Of a stretch of DNA of 64,000 nt, positions 59,575-64,000 are shown in pieces (the stretch's first letter is position 1; the number at the start of each line of letters is the position of its first letter). The DNA comes from Candidatus Eiseniibacteriota bacterium (GTDB lineage Bacteria; Eisenbacteria; RBG-16-71-46; DASYSL01). Location: positions 27,120 through 91,119 of the forward strand of contig JANPEF010000008.1 of assembly GCA_031431875.1 (NCBI GenBank), written 5' to 3'. The notes under the pieces were generated by a model, which saw nothing but the letters and a program-made list of their open reading frames with translations, was not told the DNA's origin and searched no databases. The position numbers and the translations under genes are program-made.

Positions 59575-60170
59575 AGTCTGCGCGCGTGCTGCTCGTTGCC
59601 GCGGCCCTCGCCACCGTGCTCGCCGGTTGCGCGGGGCGCGGGGCCGCACCGCCCGCGGCCGCGCCCCCGGTGGCTCGTCCCAGCCCGGACGTCTTGACCC
59701 CACCGGCCGATTCGCTGCCCCGCGGCACCGGCGCGGTGACCGCACCGTGGGACACCGCCGGCCGTTCGCGTGCCACGCGTCGCGCGCACGTCTACCCCGA
59801 GGGCGAGAGTGCCCTCGGCAAGCGCCTCGTCGCCGCGCTGCCGGATCCGGGCGGACTACCGCCGGCCGAGGGCGCGGCCACGATCGACGCGAGCAGCACT
59901 CCCGTCCCGGCCACGGCCGTGCCTGTGCCCGCGGCCAGCGCCGGCTGCTGGGAGGCGCAGCTCGCCGTCACCTCCGATGCCGCGCGGGCCGAGCGCGTGC
60001 GCGCCGAGGCGGCAGCGCTTCTCGGCGTGCCGGTCCGCGTCGCGAGCGCGGGTGGGCTCCACCGCGTGCGCGCCGGCGGCTGCCTCGACACCGACGCCGC
60101 GCTGCGCCTGGTCGAGCGCGCGCGTGCCGAAGGCTGGCCCGAGGCGTTCCGCAGCGAGACGGTACGATGA
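59571..60170 (+). CDS. SPOR-domain-like lipoprotein
   Basis: Lipobox LAGC, Pro/Ala linker, C-terminal WEAQLAV...HRVRAG..GWPEAF. Confidence 0.7.
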   Translation: MKSARVLLVAAALATVLAGCAGRGAAPPAAAPPVARPSPDVLTPPADSLPRGTGAVTAPWDTAGRSRATRRAHVYPEGESALGKRLVAALPDPGGLPPAEGAATIDASSTPVPATAVPVPAASAGCWEAQLAVTSDAARAERVRAEAAALLGVPVRVASAGGLHRVRAGGCLDTDAALRLVERARAEGWPEAFRSETVR

Positions 60171-61441
60171 ACCCGAGCGTCGTCGTCCTGTTCGAGGATG
60201 GCGCCCACGGCGCGCTGTGGCCGCTGGCCGCGACGAGGCCGGTGTGGGACTTGCGGATCGGCGGGCACACGCTCGCCGACAAGCTGAAGGCGCACTTTCC
60301 CGAGGCACAGTTCGCGTTCGTCGGCCGTGACGACGTGCTCGCCGCGTCTGCCGAGGAACAGGGCCCGCTGGCCGCCCTCGCCGACCTGCGCATCCAGGGC
60401 GACGTGCTGTGGGTGAACGGCCGTGCGCTTGCCGACCAGCGGTGGATCGACGAGATCCTCGGCCAGGAGGGCGGGCGTCGCTATACCTGCGGTCGCCGCG
60501 TGCTCGCCTTCGCCCACGCCGCCGGCCGCACCGCGCAGGTCCTGCGCCAGCCCGCGCTGTGGACCGACGCCGCGGCGCGGAAGATCGGTGACTTCGTCGA
60601 CGCGGTGGCGGACGCACCATTCATCGACGCGATCTGGGACGTGCTCAAGCACAACCACCACGAACTCATGGTCGAGGGCGAGCTCGCCGTGCGCGCGGTG
60701 CATGGCGCCGAGCTGGCGCCGCGGGAGAATCCGGCGCTCATGCCGGGGGCGCACCTGGTCGCGCCCGGCGCCATCGCGCTCCATCCGACGGCGCGCGTCT
60801 CACCCGGTGCGGTGCTCGACGCGACCAACGGCCCGATCGTCGTCGAGCGCGATGCGCTGATCGAACCGCACTCCTACGTCGCGGGGCCATGCTGGATCGG
60901 CGCCGGCACGCACGTGCTGGGTGGCAAGCTGGGCGGGGGCGTGAGCCTGGGTCCGCTGTGCCGGGTCGCCGGCGAGGTCGAGGAATCGATCTTCCAGGGG
61001 TACGGGAACAAGCGGCACCACGGCTTCGTCGGGCACTCGATCATCGGCGCGTGGACGAACCTCGGCGCGTTGACGACGACCAGCGACCTCAAGAACAACT
61101 ACGGCACGGTGCGCGTCTCGATCGACGGGCGCGTGCACGACACCGGCGAGTCGAAGGTCGGCGCCTTCCTCGGCGACCACGTGAAGACCGCGATCGGCAC
61201 GCTGCTCACCACCGGCGCGGTCGTCGGACCGGCGGCGAACCTGGTCGGCGGAGCGGTGACGAGCCCGAAGGAACTGCCCGCGTTCGCGTGGTGGGATGGA
61301 ACGAGCGTCGCGGCCTACGACGTGGAGAAGTTCGTGACGACGGCGCGCATCGTCTGCTCCCGCCGCAGCCAGACGTTCGGCGAGGCGCAGGAGGCGTTGT
61401 TCCGCCGGCTGGCCTCGGAGCGCCGGTCCGGCCTGGCTTGA
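60167..61441 (+). CDS. GlmU-like putative sugar nucleotidyltransferase with LbH domain
   Basis: LWPLAATRPVWDLRIG, LDATNGPI, NKRHHGFVGHS, NLGA.TTTSDLKNNYG, GDHVKTAIG. Confidence 0.85.
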   Translation: MNPSVVVLFEDGAHGALWPLAATRPVWDLRIGGHTLADKLKAHFPEAQFAFVGRDDVLAASAEEQGPLAALADLRIQGDVLWVNGRALADQRWIDEILGQEGGRRYTCGRRVLAFAHAAGRTAQVLRQPALWTDAAARKIGDFVDAVADAPFIDAIWDVLKHNHHELMVEGELAVRAVHGAELAPRENPALMPGAHLVAPGAIALHPTARVSPGAVLDATNGPIVVERDALIEPHSYVAGPCWIGAGTHVLGGKLGGGVSLGPLCRVAGEVEESIFQGYGNKRHHGFVGHSIIGAWTNLGALTTTSDLKNNYGTVRVSIDGRVHDTGESKVGAFLGDHVKTAIGTLLTTGAVVGPAANLVGGAVTSPKELPAFAWWDGTSVAAYDVEKFVTTARIVCSRRSQTFGEAQEALFRRLASERRSGLA

Positions 61442-61466
61442 CCGCACCCGCCGATCCCCGTAGTCT
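61438..61466 (+). promoter_or_regulatory. Sigma70-type promoter upstream of galT
   Basis: TTGACC-N17-TAGTCT. Confidence 0.55.
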
Positions 61467-61517
61467 GCCGGCGAACCTGTTGCCGCCCTTTCGTTTCTGA
61501 CGCCTGCCGGAGACCTG

Positions 61518-62518
61518 ATGCCCGAGTTGCGCAAGGACCCCGTGATCGGTCGCTGGGTGATCATCTCGACCGAGCGGGGCCACAAGCCGTCGGATTTCAC
61601 GACCCGGGTCGAACCGAAGCGCGCCGAGGCCTCGTGCCCGTTCTGCGCCGGCCGTGAGAATGCCACGCCGCCCGAGGTGCTCGCCCACCGCGCCCATGGT
61701 CACGCCAACGGTCCGGGCTGGACGGTGCGCGTCGTGACAACAAGTTTCCCGCCCTCATGGTCGAAGGGGACCTGGCCCGCCGCGGCGAGGGGCTGTACGA
61801 CCGCATGAACGGCGTGGGCGCGCACGAGGTGATCATCGAGACGCCCGATCACGTGCCCGACCTTGCCGACCTGCCCGAGGAGCGCATCGCCGAGGTGCTG
61901 GGCGCCTTCCGCGCTCGCCTCGCCGACCTGCGCAACGACAAGCGCCTGCGCTACGGCCTGGTGTTCAAGAACCACGGCGAGGCGGCGGGTGCGTCGCTCG
62001 AGCACACGCACGCCCAGCTCATCGCCACGCCGATCCTGCCCAAGGCCGTGCAGGAGGAGATCGAGGGCGCCCGCGCCTACTTCACGCTCAAGGAACGATG
62101 CGTGTTCTGCGACATCGTCGAGCAGGAGATGACCGAGGGCAATGGCCGCCGCGTCGTCCGCGCCACCGCGAACTATGCCGCGATCGTTCCCTTCGCCTCC
62201 CGCTTCCCGTTCGAGTGCTGGATCCTGCCGCGCAAGCACCTGCCCGTGTACGAAACGGGCGGCATGGAGCAGGACCGTGAACTCGCCGGCGTGCTCAAGG
62301 ACGTGCTGCTGCGCCTCAATGCCGCACTCGACATGCCGCCGTACAACCTGGTGATCCACACCTCGCCGTATCGCGACATCGACCACGAGTATTATCACTG
62401 GCACATCGAGATCATGCCCAAGTTGACGAAGATCGCCGGCTTCGAGTGGGGTAGCGGGTTCTACATCAACCCCACGCCGCCCGAGGACGCCGCCGCCTTC
62501 CTTCGCGAGGTGCGTTGA
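61518..62518 (+). pseudogene. galT: Galactose-1-phosphate uridylyltransferase family gene split by a 1-nt frameshift (possible sequencing error)
   Basis: MPELRKDP..CPFC.GRE..TPPE in one frame; NKFPAL, GAHEVIIE, GASLEHTH.Q, YHWHIEI, AGFEWGSG in another; break at about 61737. Confidence 0.85.
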
Positions 62519-62543
62519 TCGACCCGACACGGAGGTCCCCCGC

Positions 62544-64000
62544 ATGAGCGACACCCTGCGCCTCGCCCTGGTGGCCAACGCATGCGCGCCCTATGCGCGC
62601 GAGGACGGCCGCGCCGAGGTCGTGGCCGCGCTTGCCGACGCGCTGGCCCGCCGCGGCCACGAGATCGCCCTGTTCCTGCCCGCCCATCGCGACCTCACGA
62701 TCCCGCCGGATGCCGAGCGCGAGACCGTGCTCGCCGGCTTCGCCGTGCCGCTGGGCGACGGCAACGAGAGCGCCTCGCTGATCCGCGTGCGCCGGCCCGG
62801 GCAACCCTTCGACGTCTACCTGGTGCAGCACCGCGGTGAGCGGCGGTTCTTCGACGCCCCCGGGTTCGGTTCCGCCGCGGGCGCCGATGCGGAACCCGAG
62901 ACGCGGGCCGCGCGCGGCGCATTCTTCGCCCGCGCCGTGCTCACCGCGCTGCGGCTGATGGATCATCGCGTCGACCTGGTGCACGCCTTCGACGCCGCGG
63001 CCGCGTGGGTCCCCGCGTTCCTGCGCCGCTTCGACGCCGACGATGCGCACTTCGCCCGCACCGGCGCGCTCTTCACCGTGCTCGACTGGAACGACGCGCC
63101 GGTCGCCGCCGCCTCGACGATCGCGGCACTGGGCCTGCCCGAGGATGCCGAGGACCCGCGCACGCACGCGACCCTGCAGGGGACGCTGCCCATCAACCAG
63201 CTGGCGCTGCGTCACGCCGATCGCATCGTGTTCCCCAGCGTGCGCTTCGCCGCCGAGCTGCTCGAGGACCAGACGATCGCCGGGCCGCTCTCGTCCGTGC
63301 TCGCGGCGCGCGCGCAGGACCTGCTCGGCGTCGTCCCGGGCATCGACGCGCGAGTGTGGGATCCGGCGGGGGACCTGGAGATCGCCGAGCGCTATTCGGC
63401 GGAAGCGGTCGCGGGCAAGGAGGCGTGCCGTCGCGGGCTGGCCGAGCGCGCGGGCTGGCCGACCGATCCCGCCGAGCGTGGCTGGGACCGCCCCATCGTC
63501 GGACTGATCGCGCGCCTGACGGCCGAGAAGGGAATGGACGTCGTGCGCGACGCGCTCGACGGCTTGCGCGCGCTCGACGTGCGGCTCACCGTGCTCGGTC
63601 GTGGCGATGCCGAGTTCGAGACGATGCTCGGCGACGCGGCGCGCCGCACGCCCGAGCACGTCTCCGTGCGCCTGGCGTTCGATGACGCCCAGGCCCGGCG
63701 CATCCTCGCCGGCAGCGACCTGCTGCTGGTGCCGTCGCGGCTCGAGGCGGGCGGCATGCAGCAGCTGCGCGCGCTGCGCTACGGGACGATCCCGGTGGCG
63801 CATGCGACCGGCGGACTCGTCGATTCGCTGCGCGAGTTCGACGGCGACACGCTCGAGGGCACCGCGTTCCTGTTCCGCCCGCACACCGGCCCGGCCCTGC
63901 TCGAAGCCATGGCCCGCGCCGTCGCGGTCTACGCCGAGCCGCACCGCTGGCGCCGCCTGGTCGGCAACGCGCTGGGCACGGACGTCTCGTGGGAGGCGAC
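62544..64000 (+). CDS. glgA: Glycogen synthase-like GT5 protein (3' truncated, divergent)
   Basis: GIDARVWDP, ARLTAEKG, AGSDLLLVPSRLE, RYGTIPVAHATGGLVD; open to the window end. Confidence 0.75.
   Translation, partial: MSDTLRLALVANACAPYAREDGRAEVVAALADALARRGHEIALFLPAHRDLTIPPDAERETVLAGFAVPLGDGNESASLIRVRRPGQPFDVYLVQHRGERRFFDAPGFGSAAGADAEPETRAARGAFFARAVLTALRLMDHRVDLVHAFDAAAAWVPAFLRRFDADDAHFARTGALFTVLDWNDAPVAAASTIAALGLPEDAEDPRTHATLQGTLPINQLALRHADRIVFPSVRFAAELLEDQTIAGPLSSVLAARAQDLLGVVPGIDARVWDPAGDLEIAERYSAEAVAGKEACRRGLAERAGWPTDPAERGWDRPIVGLIARLTAEKGMDVVRDALDGLRALDVRLTVLGRGDAEFETMLGDAARRTPEHVSVRLAFDDAQARRILAGSDLLLVPSRLEAGGMQQLRALRYGTIPVAHATGGLVDSLREFDGDTLEGTAFLFRPHTGPALLEAMARAVAVYAEPHRWRRLVGNALGTDVSWEA

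Noticed and set aside
61730..61750. Programmed ribosomal frameshift in galT
   Set aside because: No X-XXY-YYZ heptamer or evident stimulatory structure
1..64000. tRNA, rRNA, CRISPR-Cas or phage genes
   Set aside because: None recognisable; the window is nearly fully explained by protein-coding genes

Overview
Very GC-rich bacterial DNA, apparently from a diderm (lipobox SPOR protein, Wzy/WaaL-like gene). The taxon cannot be fixed from sequence alone. Almost the whole window is one cell-surface glycan super-locus of about 53 genes in tightly coupled operons (+ 1-17156, - 17153-31169, + 31829-48379 interrupted by a minus-strand NYN gene, - 48369-49964, + 50636-56444, - 56452-58403, + 58471-end). 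It encodes 8 GT4 genes (one a tandem fusion), 7 GT2 genes, about 9 GT-C-fold-like membrane proteins, a Wzy/WaaL-like protein, a priming phosphoglycosyltransferase, two AsnB amidotransferases, a CapK-like ligase, a FemAB-like GNAT, a deacetylase, a heparinase II/III-like protein, an AlgD-like dehydrogenase and sugar-modifying enzymes. It ends in manC, SPOR, GlmU-like, galT (frameshifted) and a glgA-like gene. Most notable: (1) a self-contained promoter / structured terminator-containing leader / NYN ribonuclease module inside the glycan locus, resembling RNA-antitoxin or attenuator logic; (2) an unusually large GT-C plus polyprenyl-phosphate GT2 repertoire arranged as donor-synthesis/transfer modules; (3) a decayed tandem duplication bracketing one GT-C gene; (4) a long structured leader before the priming transferase; (5) repeated leaderless-type promoters and a coupled 16-aa uORF. 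No CRISPR, tRNA, rRNA or transposase was seen. All family calls come from motif reading by eye, not database searches.
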